Under the pieces are notes generated by a model. It saw nothing but the letters and a program-made list of their open reading frames with translations, had not been told where the DNA came from and ran no database searches. From Takakia lepidozioides (Eukaryota; Plantae; Bryophyta): a stretch of DNA of 64,000 nucleotides. Numbering within the stretch: the first letter of the stretch is position 1; the number at the start of each line of letters is the position of its first letter. A program made the position numbers and the translations under genes. The stretch covers positions 44,020,001 to 44,084,000 of the forward strand of contig CM060734.1 in the NCBI GenBank assembly GCA_030704615.1, given 5' to 3'. Positions 1 to 12,400 of the stretch are shown here, piece after piece.

Positions 1-541
1 CCAAGGCCCCCTTTCTTTTTGGGGAGACATATCTGTTTCCACAAGACCTGCGGGCGTTTTTCCATTATGTTTGGCTACCCCCCAGATGTAGTTCTTCAAG
101 AGTTTTTTTTGCTTCTTTGATGTTTGATGAGGCAGGTCTCCAAAATGCAACGAAGTACCACAGACCTGATGACAAGATCTGGTTGGTTGACAAGGCCTTC
201 CCTGTAATGGATAGGAAGTAAGAGCCCCAATATGTCAATTTTGTCTTAAGCTTCACTATTGTGGGCTGGAAACGTTGCTGGTCTGTGAGATCAATGCCAT
301 ATGTGTACCCTAGGAGTATGGTTGTTTCACCTGGCTTTAGCCATTGCAATCTTTTGTCCAATCCCCAGGTTGGCTGGTTCCCAATCTGGGATTTCGAGGT
401 GTCCCCTACCAGTAAGGCACATGTCTTACCCCAGTTGACTTTAAATCCAGATGCGTGGCAAAAAGTTTCCAGGGTTTGTACTTTGTTGTGGTTACAGTAT
501 TCCCAAATTAATATGGGTGACTTACTTAGTAGTATTATCAT
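1..541 (-). mobile_element. L1-type LINE fragment (C-terminal part of RT region), running off the window start
   Basis: ORF 65-541 has LETFCHASGFKVNWGKT, LLGYTYG and KLKTKLTYW...LSITGKALSTNQILSSGLWY, typical of the RT thumb/post-RT region of plant L1 ORF2. Confidence 0.8.
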
Positions 542-1199
542 ATAAAATTGGTGTGTGTTGAATATGAAGAATCACGCAATTAATTTCATATACATGTTTG
601 CCACAAGAAGTCATGTGGATCACATGAAGCTCACAGAAAAACTCCATTGAATACATTAATTATGTGCACAAAATAAATTTGTTATGTACCACACTAATTC
701 TTCACCCCATTATCAATGTTCTTAAACTACATCAATTATCCCTACTAGTGTGGGCCACTCTAATTCCGAACACCCACAGTCCGAGTTGATATGCAAAGTG
801 TGACACAAGTACTTACAAAATATCAACCAGTTTTTTAACGCCATTCAGATGCTTATTTTTACTAACCCACGCTATTCATGAACCCACACTATTAGGAGCA
901 ATCGGTGTAGTATATGATGTAATTGGTGTACATAGTTGGTAATAATCTGAAACCCACTTATAACGTAAGTTATTGTCGATCCAGTCACTCTTTTCTCCTG
1001 AGGCCCTCAGAAATGCTTCAAAGTGAGCAGACGCTGCATGTTGAATGTGAGCATTATGGGTTCGTGAATTGCAGGACCAACCCAAAGATGAGGACCATGT
1101 ACTTCAATCATGAATGGAAGAGTTGGTGCTCCCAAGAAGTAGTCCTCATGACAGGCTTTTTGCACTTCCCGGAGGGAGGGGTGCCAAAGGAGGGGTGCC

Positions 1200-3918
1200 A
1201 AAACGCTTCACCTCCCTCCCCACAGTAGAAAATGAGATAACAGATACACAACGATTCGAACCGGCATTGGTAAAACTAAGGAGAAAGCTGGCATACTGGT
1301 CCTTGACACACCTTACCTTCACAAGTAGGGTCCTCATTGCAAATCAGGTACTCATGGCAGGCATACATATGGTTCTTCTCGGTCATTTGGGCCCCTTCGG
1401 CCAGCATTGTGAAAGAGGCGCAAAATATGATAAAGAACTTCATCTTGGAGTATGAAGCAGAGGAACTAGCAAGAGACCAAAACTGCCCGATGGGCACATC
1501 TGGTTAGGTCCCAAATAGAGGGGAGGCTAGGGTCTTGGACCTCAGCACACAAATACTGGCGCTACTGGCTAAATGGGTGCCAAGAATCTTTGACTTTAAA
1601 AACGAACCATGGAAGATGGTGGTTTGGGAAAACATACATAACGCTTCCAGGACGCTTCCCCACACTCCTCGCCCCTCTGGCTACCATCACCGAGATGGGC
1701 CTTCAATGGAGCAGTGCACAAAATAAACTGGAATATTGGCCTTGTGACATACAATATGGGTGGCCTGGAATTCCTGCAGGGGAGGATTGGAGCTTATCCC
1801 CCCAACCTCAAAAACCCAAATACTGGACATGCCTATCTTTTACAATCACTGCAATCCGGAAAACTTGATAGAAGCAGGGAACTCTCCCAGATGGGCAAGA
1901 TGGGAATCATTTGGAGTCTCTAGATGGAGACACATATGGCAAGGAACACAAATCAAACAACCACCTACCTTTGGAAACTTGATTGGCACGGAAGCGTGAG
2001 ACTTGGCCTTCCACTAATTTCAGCAGCCCTTCCATGGCATTGCAAGCTCTTTCTGGAGGACACAAGCCCAACGCAGTGGAAGGCGGGACAATGTATCACG
2101 TGCCAGGCCCTGCCCCTAGGGAATGTGGCATACATTACGGTTGTAGGCAAAACTTTAGTTTTGGCATTCATTGCCTGCTTGGACAATGCAAACAGTGAAC
2201 GAAGAATTGTGTCTTGCACACTGAGTGACATAGTCCAACGGAAAATGGATATTGCAGAGGCGACCGTCTTCATTTTTCCAGCTCTAGACTCAAAATAGTC
2301 AACCCCACACTACCGCAGGGCAGTACCTTCAACGAATGGTTGAAAGATGAAACTATGAACCTGGCGCCCGTGAGCGGGAGCAAGCACCAAGACTACGACA
2401 CTTCTAGGTGGCAGTGGAGGGGAACTGGCATTGGTCTTACATGATACAAATAAAAAATTGGGTACAACATCATGTTGGGGCCGATGGTTTCCGGCTGGAA
2501 ACGAGAGATGAAATGGGTGTTCAACATCGCCAACACATGCATCTAGGATTGGACAGTGTGTGCCTCGCGCATAGCGAAAATCCAGTCATTCTTATGGCAA
2601 ATTGCGCACCAAATCCTACCCACAGAGGCCTTGAGAGCTGCATTTGCCTCGCCCCTGTGCGAAGCGTGCACCTTGGCAATCATTGGTACGCAGGAACACA
2701 GCCTCCTGCAATGCCCGCTTGCGACCCCCATCTGGAGATTCTCCCTGGACCTCTATAAAGTGTGGCTAGCACCCCCTCCAACAGGGACCCTTCAATGCAT
2801 TCTCAACTACGACCTTGTGACAAGTGGTTTGGCATCGGAATGTAAGGTATGAGATGCCATTAGAGTGTCAACACTCTGACAGATTTGGAAAACTAGGTGT
2901 ACATTGGTCTTTGAGCACAAAAAAGACCACCACGGACTGAAAATTGCCATAATTTGGACGCAACTCCAAGCACACACGAAACTTGCATGGATCGCGGTGA
3001 TGAACACCAAAGACATCGACCGTAGGCAGACAACGATCAATGGTTTCCTCGCGACTTGGGCCAGATCTAGTGTTATTTGCTCCATCGACACCAGCATGAA
3101 ATTCATTCCAACAAATGCGGCCCCGCAGGACTAGACGTAGCCCTACCTCAAACAACATGCATTATACTTCGACGCGGAATGTTGTGCCGGTGTACTGGCC
3201 CTCCACGACAAGGCACATCGCCAAGAATGGTTCGGAATGCTTGGCCTCGCTACTACACGCCCGCAATTAGGGCTTCCAAGGCTACTCCTTTAACATGCAC
3301 AGGACTTGCCTGCAATGGAAGGCAACTGCAGTTAAGCGGCTTCCGACTGCGGGTCTCTCATCCTGGGCAGCTTAAAGCTTCATTCAATCGATTCTTCCTA
3401 ACAAAGAATGTACTCCTAGGACTGCTCGCTCAGAGTTATTGTTCGGCAAGAACACTTCACCTCCACCATGCACTCTTCAAATGCCGGTATTGGGCCCTGC
3501 CTCTCCTCCCCCCCCCCTGTCTCTCTTTCTTTCTCATCTTTTTTTCCTTTCGGCACTCATTGCCTCCTTGCTGCTTTCACCCTTCCTTCTTTTTTAGGGA
3601 TCCTTCTTTCTTGACTATCTGGCGGATCTCCTCTCCTCCCATCGTCGGATCTCGTTTTCTGTAGTTAGGTGCACTCCGTAATCCTTTTAGGAGACGCCCC
3701 GGATCGGCTTGAATCGGTTTAGATTTAGTTTGTCTGCGTGTTCTTCCTAGTGTTCTACCTCGGGTTTCGTTGTCTTGTAATGGGTTCGGAGGCATCCCCT
3801 CACAAGCCTCATGGCTGCAAATCATGTTGGTTTCTTTTTCCCAACCCTATCAATAAAATAAGTTGGCACGGGCTACTTCCCCATTTCTTAAAAACAAAAA
3901 AAAAACCAAAAAAAAAAG
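1200..3918 (+). mobile_element. 5'-truncated, frameshifted L1-type LINE (post-RT region, zf-RVT, 3' UTR, poly(A))
   Basis: QRFEPALVKLRRKLAYWS..LTFTSRVLIANQVL; GGL..LDLSTQILALLAKW; KIQSFLWQIAHQILPT..CEAC..EHSLLQCP..W (zf-RVT); AATAAA near 3852 and an A-rich tail at 3890-3918. Confidence 0.8.
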
Positions 3919-6900
3919 CGATTTGGCGGGACTGGATGGCCTTCACTAGGTACCGTAGGTACAGTTTAGTACCAAACAATTTCAAAAATATGAGAATGAA
4001 AACTTGGAAATATTTTTAACATTTCTATGATGTTACATTAACGGTGTTTAATGTTTCTCTAACATTTTTGTATTGTATCGAACCATTTGGAACGAAAAAA
4101 AAATAGTTATTTCATTATATATTGCATTGTTGAATTGGGGTCACAGTTATGGTACTCGGTATGTTATAGTTTTAATTGACTGGCAGTTTGGAGTGGAAAG
4201 TAGGCAACTGGTTTAGGACTTGTAGTTTCTGTTAACTAGTGACAAGTTGGTCGCGAACTCATGCCAAAGCCTTCACTCAACACACTCAAACTTTCTTTGA
4301 CATGGAAAGTGAAAGCAAGAAGGTGTAAATGACACCCCAAAATGAGGAAATGCCTTCAGCATATGGATTAAGGCCATGATTTTTTCAACAAGTTTGGATA
4401 GCAAACTATATATTGTTACATATCTCCGAAGTCCCAAGCAACAGTAAAATTAACCTTCTACTATCAAAGCTAGGTGACATAAACTGAACCACTCAAATCT
4501 CCCTCAATTGTGCTTCCTTTAAACCTAGTGAGGACTCTCAACCCCTAAGTTCTTGAGAAACCCTTTATGGTCAATGTTGTCCATTGAATGGGTCTTAAAT
4601 CAAAGATTAAATTAATATTTCAATATGATTTTCTAAGGGCATGTTCTAATTGTTGTTTTAAAATTACTATTTATAACTATCTTACCCACTCCCAAACATT
4701 GGCATAATCAACTCTAACCAATCATACAGAAAATCCTATTACCTACAAGGAGCACATGAAGATTACATGAAACACTAAGTGTACCGAAAGCAATTCTAAT
4801 TTAGAGGTTGGAATTATGATTCAACTATACTAACATGATGCATATATTCATATGGTGTATATAATTATGTACATATATACCATATGATATATCTACAGCT
4901 TACCATGACATATATCTAGATATGTCATGTACGTATATCATAGTTATTATCCATATGTACCATATGTGTGCTTCACCTCTTGCTTGCTATGAGAGGTGAT
5001 GACATATGCGAGGGGGCATCCGTGATGCCACTCATCAAAAATCATCATTGTATAGAGAGGGAACTAACACAATCCAACCCAACGACACAAAACATCAAAG
5101 GTTGTGCATGGATACAATGTGCAGCATGAATTTAGTTACAGTAGTGCACATGAAGAGATTGAAGAGATTGTTCAATCTCACACATCTACATAGGTAAACA
5201 GTTGTGGATACACATTTCTGTAGAGTTTCAGATTGACCCGCCTTTAGTGTTTCACATAGACATTAGCACAATGGTGGCATTATGGTTATCTATAGAAATT
5301 TGTATTTATTCCATATATAGTCAAAATTATCTAAACGTTGACATGATTGGTTGAATAATGATATTGCATAAGGTGGTGAGAAATTGAAATATACATAATG
5401 TTAAAAAATGGCATAATTTACAAAATTTTCCTCTTTTAGTAAAATTTTATACAAAGCAAAAAATAGGTCAAAACATACACTCTAACACTCTTGAAAAATA
5501 GCACGGAAACCACCATGCCAAGATGTTATGTAGCATGACATACACAACTAGCATACGAAGCCAATCAAATATACAACCGTCCAAAAACGTCAACGAAGAT
5601 GTGAGTAAGGGGGTCCGACCCAACCCCCTAGAACCACAATATGGTGCCTTCGGATATTAGGGGTTAACCAATAGTATGCACCTTTGAGGTTTTGTTAGGT
5701 ATTCTTTTGTTTAGGGGGGTCAACAGGTGCTTGGTTTCTAACTTTCTTTTGTTTAGAATGAGGTAGGTGAGATACTTAATAGATTTATTGGATAACTTAT
5801 TGGCTTATAATTTTTAACTCATGTACATGTTGTGTCGTGGGTGCATGGATAACCCCTCTTACACCAGCTGTCATGACTATAAGTCTAGAGGGTTAACTTT
5901 CCATCCTCTCTCTCTTAGTTTTTGTATAGGCTGGGCTTGGAAGGTGGGACCATCTTTTGGGAATGTTTATGAGCTCTCTTTGCTTGCCCAAGGCAAAGAG
6001 AGCCAAAAATTTGTTTGGGAGGGGGTTTGTAGTTATAATGCTTTATAATATAAAATATTTACAATGTACAAATATAATATCAGATCCACCATTGCAGTTC
6101 ATGTTCTGCCTTCTCACAATATTTTATTTATTTTGATTTTATGTTCAAAATTGTTGAAATCGGACATCCTATGAATACAAGGTAGAAAAAAATATATAAA
6201 TACCTAAAGTTTATGGTGAGGTTCGATCAATTAGAGCATTAGTAGAAAAAGACATGATCCACCCAGCCCATACTTTCCGCAACGTTGACGATGGAAGTGA
6301 TAATTCAACTCGACGTTTGAAAGATTTCTTAGAGCGTAATAAGACATGGAAGCGAAGTAATGTGGGTACAAGTCATCATGATGTGCAAGATGGTAGTCCA
6401 TAGAAATATGGGCAAACGACATGTATATAGAGTAAAGTGTTTGTTTACCAAATTGAATATGGTCTTAAACTATTAAACACAAAAAATAATTCGATAAAAT
6501 CCTCGATATAACCGCTTAATAAGAATTGGAAAGGAACATTCTCTCTCTCTCTCTCTCTCAAGGAACAACCTTTTCTAAGATAAATATTGTTATATAATGG
6601 ATTATTTCATTGTGAAATATGAGAGAAACAACCTTCCGGAGGTATAACTTGAATGGATGAGAACAACCGGAAGGTATTCAGCCATGCTGGACCTTTGAAG
6701 AAACACAACCTTTCGGAGGGATAACAATGAATCTTGAATGGGTAGGAACAACCGTCCGCAGAGTCAGAAGTGGGGTCCTCCAGAGTAAGGCGCACCCCAT
6801 ACACAAAAGCACCGACTTGCTGCACGCTCGAACGTCTCAACCTCACATTTGGCACACCCCGAATGTTAACGAGCGGACAGAAGCCACCAAACTTTAGCAA

Positions 6901-8413
6901 TTTTTTTAAGGCTTTGAGCAAAGTTGGGGGAGACTGGGGGGAGGCATCCCGTTAGACTGAACGTTAAGATGATGATTGTCACCTTCAGCTGCACCATGCA
7001 AAAACAACGGGTGTGACATGAAACAAATTTATTGGTTCTAGAAGGTAAATATGAATTTTGATCATGATCATTCATGCAAAAAGCATTTCATTTCATTGTT
7101 TGATTATATGTATGTTTATTTGCAGATGTGGTAAACACAAATGGGAGAACACCTCCTCAACCACGAGTTACACAACAATAGTATTGGATGGTATGAAAGA
7201 AATCAAGGAGACCATGCATGATATCATTAAAGTTGCAGAAGGAAGTGGCGAACAAGTTCTTCATCACACTTTGGCCATGCTCAAGGTATTTATAGAAAAA
7301 TACAAAAATCTCAAAAACAATGAAATGGTCGGGCACCTTTTTTTTTTTACCTCACACAAAATTACTAAGAGATTAATCGAATGATAAGAACAGCATATTC
7401 GGACTTGCTTGTTTTGGTAGGACCGAATATAATAATAATTAGATCCGTACGATTAATTATTTGAGAATCATTTTGTCGGTGCTACATGTATGATAAAACA
7501 TCATATTTGAGAATAGAATGATGAGATTCCGCTCAAAATTACGTTAGACATTTAGGGATTGAATCATATTTTATAATACATCAGTCTACTTGTCTTCTTG
7601 CACGTCGACGCACCACCACGCAGTCAGATCACAAAAATGCTGATGATTCTCGGCTCTATGCTAGCGATTCACCAATTCGAGCTCTGCCAAAGACTCTTCT
7701 TGATCGACATCCCAAACACAAGCAGGTGCGCCCTTGAGCTGGATCCAACTTAGTTCTCTTTCACAAGGATTGTAACTAGTATCAGGCTGCCTCCTAATTC
7801 TGAATGTTGATCCAATGTACTGTAGTTACCACCTGCACACAGTAGGATCACAAAAATGCTGATGATTCTCACTAGCTGATGATTCATGGAACTGCTTCTT
7901 GGTCTCTAGCCTTTTGTGTAACTTAGTGATGTAGATGTCTTTCATCTGTGAGAATGTGTGCGACTTTATGTAGTGGTTCTCTTCCTTTGTAGCTGTGGGT
8001 AGAAGGAATCATATATTTGTGCGGGTTGTGGCCCACTAATTAAGTTATAAGTGTGCAGCTCCTTCTACACGATTTAAGTGATGTACAGAATTGCAACCTC
8101 AGGTTTGGAACAAAGTTGAAAACTTCATCAATCACGGTATACTTAGGTCACAAGGGGTCACAATGTCAGAGATCTTATGTCTGACAAGAAGTGGTAACTG
8201 GGTCCTTCTACTAGACTTCAATTGAGAATTGGTAATATTTTGTGTAGAGTGCACACATCTGACTGGTTCCGAAGTTGGTTGATGATGGTGATGAACATTG
8301 ACAGTAATATTGATTCATGTTGCATGTTGCATGACTAGAAGGGCTACAACCTGAGGAGAGTACTCTAGTTTGAAAAGAGCAGCGAGTACTACACCTCAAG
8401 GTTGTACAAGAAA

Positions 8414-11144
8414 ATGGGTCTACTCGACTACAAAAGCCGGAAGTCTGATTCGAGCTCCAGAATAGGCATAGTGCCACTCACCTTCTTTGTAATCTCCTTG
8501 GTGGGCACCAACCTTCTCGCCTTCCATGCATTCTCTATGTCCAGAGATGTTGCCGACTTTGTGATGGGTGACCACAGCCGGGCAAAGACCATGTATACTG
8601 AGATTATTCCCAAGCTTGCAGAACAGTTTCAAGCCATTCAAGAGCAGCTCAAGGCCAGTGAACAAGTGAGTGTCACCCTTCGGCTGCATCTCCTTGGGCA
8701 TGTAGGCCTTTCCTGTCATGGCATTCAATAGTCATCAGGTGGTACGATCACTGAAAGTTTCAAAATTTAAAAGCCTCGTCTTCAATTCATATGTCGTTGT
8801 CATTGAAGATGCCCAAGATTGGACCCCGCTTGATCACTTGCATCTGCTCACAAATGTCACAAAACAAAGGATGTTGTAAATTGAGAATAATGTAGGAGAC
8901 AGTAATCATAACTCTCGTCTACATCTTCGATGACTGTTTATTTGCACATGAGAATAACATATCATGAGACTTTGAAATTCTTTTTTATTTGCTCGTGTGC
9001 AGGTGTTGAGCGAGGTGCGAAAGGAGCTGAAGGGAGTGCAAGAAATGCTGGACAGAACACACCAAGAGATTTGTGGGATGCCCGAGGAAGAAAAGTCTAC
9101 AGATGAGGAAATTAAGAAGATGATGAAACTGTCCGATACGGCTGAGGCCACCCTCAACTGGACGGAATCACCGGAGCTCCTCCAGTACACGGCCCAGCGG
9201 GACCTTCCGCTCGGTCCGAAACGGGCTCTGGGGATCAAGTAAGCAAACCGTGTAACAGATCCCTACCAATCAATGCGTGCATATTGTTGGCGGCATGGGC
9301 ATCTCAATTGTCGATTGGTTTCCTTGCATATGGGGTTCTGGGTTTTTGTGAAGAAGTGTCAATCAAAGAATGAGGATGTGAGGATATACACATTTTTCCA
9401 GGACTGTTGTGTCATCCATTGGTCACGAGTGCCACAAGAGTGCGCTGCTCCTGAAACAGTACATGAACTACACGGTTGGTGAACAATGCCCCGATGACTG
9501 GCATGTCGCGCAACAACTGATGTTCAAGGGCTGCGAGCCTCTCCCGCGGCGGCGCTGCTTTGCACAAGTGCCCCTTGCATTCCCGGAGCCTGTGCCATAT
9601 CCTGAATCCTTGTGGGCTGATGGACATGATGGGGCCATCAGCTGGACCCACTACAACTGCAAGAGCTTCGACTGCCTGAACGACCGGATCAACCATGACA
9701 AGTATCATGACTGCATTGATTGCTTCAACTTGCAAGGGTTGGAAAAGGTGCGGTGGGTCACTGTCCAGGGCAGACACGACTTCACCATTGACTCCGTAAG
9801 TTTCTACATACCTAACTTCCTCAAGGTCTCCAAATTCTCCTTTCCTTTGCTTCAACTATCTGCTAATCTCTTAATCAACAACCAACTTAATCATTGATAT
9901 GCTAAGCTGATTATTTATTCAGACTATCCGATGACCACTCACAGTAGACGGGAGAGATGAGAAAGGAAACGGAGTTGCATGGTCAGTGAGTGGAATATTG
10001 ATTCAATGAGTACTCGGTTGAATTTGATTGATATTTCCGGTTGATTTCTAGCAATGTAACAAATAGGGAGCTGAATGTTTTTTATCCAACAAAATTCTAT
10101 TCATTTGACTGCAGTGCATGTGTTTAGCTATAGGTTAGTGTATGGTTTAATTTTATGGATTCTGTCAAGAGGGCAACTAAATGTGTGGAATGCTTGTTTA
10201 GCGGACTTGGTCAGTCTGCTCAATTACCTTGGCCCTTCCAGATTTTAGTGTTGTGCATACTTTCAAAATGCGTTGCCATGAATGTGCCAAACGAATATTT
10301 CACACATTTGTGGTAGATTCAAGCATCCTAGAGTCCACACCGGTTACTTAGGTCCTGCATTAAGAGGGGCAACATGTCAACTATGCATTTGAGGACAGTA
10401 ACAAAGGTACTGATAGAATTCAAGCATTTATAGAAATTGGGCTTAAGAATTACAACACTTCCAAAATTCTTGTCTGCATCAAAATGACTTTGAAGGATCC
10501 CTCTGGCCATGTCAAGAGTGAATAATCTACATTTCTCAGCAGCTGAGAACATGCCCATGAATAAGTATGATCCCATGAATGTGTTCTGCTTTTCTGTTCT
10601 TCCTTTTGTGATGGGCGACTGATGTTTAGAATTTTATGTGCATGGGGAATGCGAGCAGGTGTTGGCACTGAAGAATGGAAGCATACGGATAGGCCTCGAC
10701 ATCGGTGCAGGGTCTGGCACGTTTGCGGCACGCATGGCAGAGCGCAACGTCACCATCCTCTCCACCACCCTGAACCTTGACGGGCCATTCAACGAGATGA
10801 TCGCCATGCGAGGGCTTCTCTCCCTCCACGTCACCGTCTCTCAGCGGTTCCCCTTCTTCGACAACACACTGGACATTGTGCATTCTATGCATGTCCTCAG
10901 CAATTGGATGCCCGCCGAAATGCTCGAGTTCATCCTGTTCGACATCCACCGAATCCTCCGGCCCGGTGGCATTTTTTGGGTCGACCGGTTTTTCTGCGCA
11001 AAGGACCAGATCGACACACTATATACACCATTGTTCATGAAATTTGGATACCGAAAACTGAGATGGGCGGTGGGCAACAAGCCTAATCTCCGGGGGAAAC
11101 AAGTGTACCTCTCTGCCCTTCTTGAGAAACTCACCCCTCAATAG
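8414..11144 (+). CDS. Plant SAM-dependent methyltransferase (DUF248/Methyltransf_29-related, At1g29790-like), ~455 aa; exons 8414-8665, 9003-9238, 9402-9795, 10659-11144
   Basis: GT-AG introns with consistent phases; N-terminal TM anchor; CPDDW..AQ.LM.KGCEPLPRRRC; IRIGLDIGAGSGTFAARM (SAM motif); QRFPFFDNTLDIVHSMH; DIHRILRPGGIFWVDRFFC. Confidence 0.92.
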
Positions 11145-11209
11145 AATTATCCGTTAAGTGCCAAAAGTGGCATCTACAACGACACGCCCACGATCACCAT
11201 GTCGAAGAA

Positions 11210-12400
11210 TCATATCCTTTTGCTAGTCAAAGCACCAGATGCCTCCAAGCCAGTTTCTTGGTAGTAGAACATTGACTCCTTGTTCTGCTGCACCCACATC
11301 CTGACGCTCTTTGCATCATTTTTGTCGAGTTGGTACTTCTCAGTAGCTAGTTTCCCAGACAAATACCTCACATCTTGGTCTGTGAAGAACATGTCACGAG
11401 TCAACTCGTTGGAGCCATCCATGATGTCTTTCACATTGTGCCTGTGTTCCGCCATTATTTGGGCCGGGACAGTGAACCGAGCTTGCAATTGCTTCAGCAC
11501 CCACTCGCGAATCTCAAATGGGCAGAGAACGCAGAGCGATCGCCGTGATGGAGTTCCCCATGGACGTGCAGGCCTTAGATGTTCTGGTGTTTCCGTTGTA
11601 TGACAGACAATTCGGAAACCTCTGGTTTCAGGTACAGTGTTTTGACAGTGAGCTCTGCCCGACATCCCTTCTTGATGGAGCCTCCCCATTTCTTCCTTGA
11701 GTCTCTCTTGCACTTGTGACCTTTGTTATTTGGCTTGAATGTTTTTCCTTGCTGGTCATACTTTGGCCGCACATTTCTAGATCACCACAGATGTCTTTCA
11801 CAACTATTGAAAGATCATGTGGTCCATACTGGCATTGGTACCTGAAGTGCACAAACCATAACTAGTTAATGACTTTGTAGAGAAGCAGGAGAACTCACAA
11901 AACCATAGAACATTGTCATGCAACACTGTATGAAATATATAATACCAGCTTCACTTTGATACACTGACAAAACATAGAACGTCCACTAGAGCATTCGACA
12001 TTGACTAAAACATAGAACACTAGCTTGGTTCCTGGAACATGAGCATACTACCTGGAAAACTCACTAAAGCTGTTCAATCTGGGTGCCTCCAAGGAATGTG
12101 GAGGGTTCTTATCCGATTTTGTTCTTAGAAATCGACATTTCCCCCCTTGTTTGCCTTCCTCACCAACAATAAAATCAGGAACTCTCAGTGGTGGGATGTA
12201 AGCAACCTCCACAATGCGGGCCGATTGTCTGCCTCTCGTGCAGCGCAAAATGAGCTCCCAATGCAAATCTCCATGATTGAAAGGACCCTTAGGTGGGTTT
12301 TGTGTGCAGCGGTCCAATGCCTCCAACACAAGATTGTGTTTGCCTTTGTAGAAATGGTCGTTCTCCTCCTCCCCATTGGAACCCTCCGCGTGCTACCAAG
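11210..12400 (-). pseudogene. Truncated MULE-derived/SWIM zinc-finger family (At1g60560-like) transposase-related gene; intron 11842-12051
   Basis: LHWE..RGRQ..VAYIP..RVPDFIVGEEG; the spliced junction gives FSEFSR|YQCQYGPHD; SIKKGC..TVKTLY.P; LDKNDAKSVRMWVQQNKESMFYYQE. Frameshifted, and ends before the DDE/SWIM region. Confidence 0.7.
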
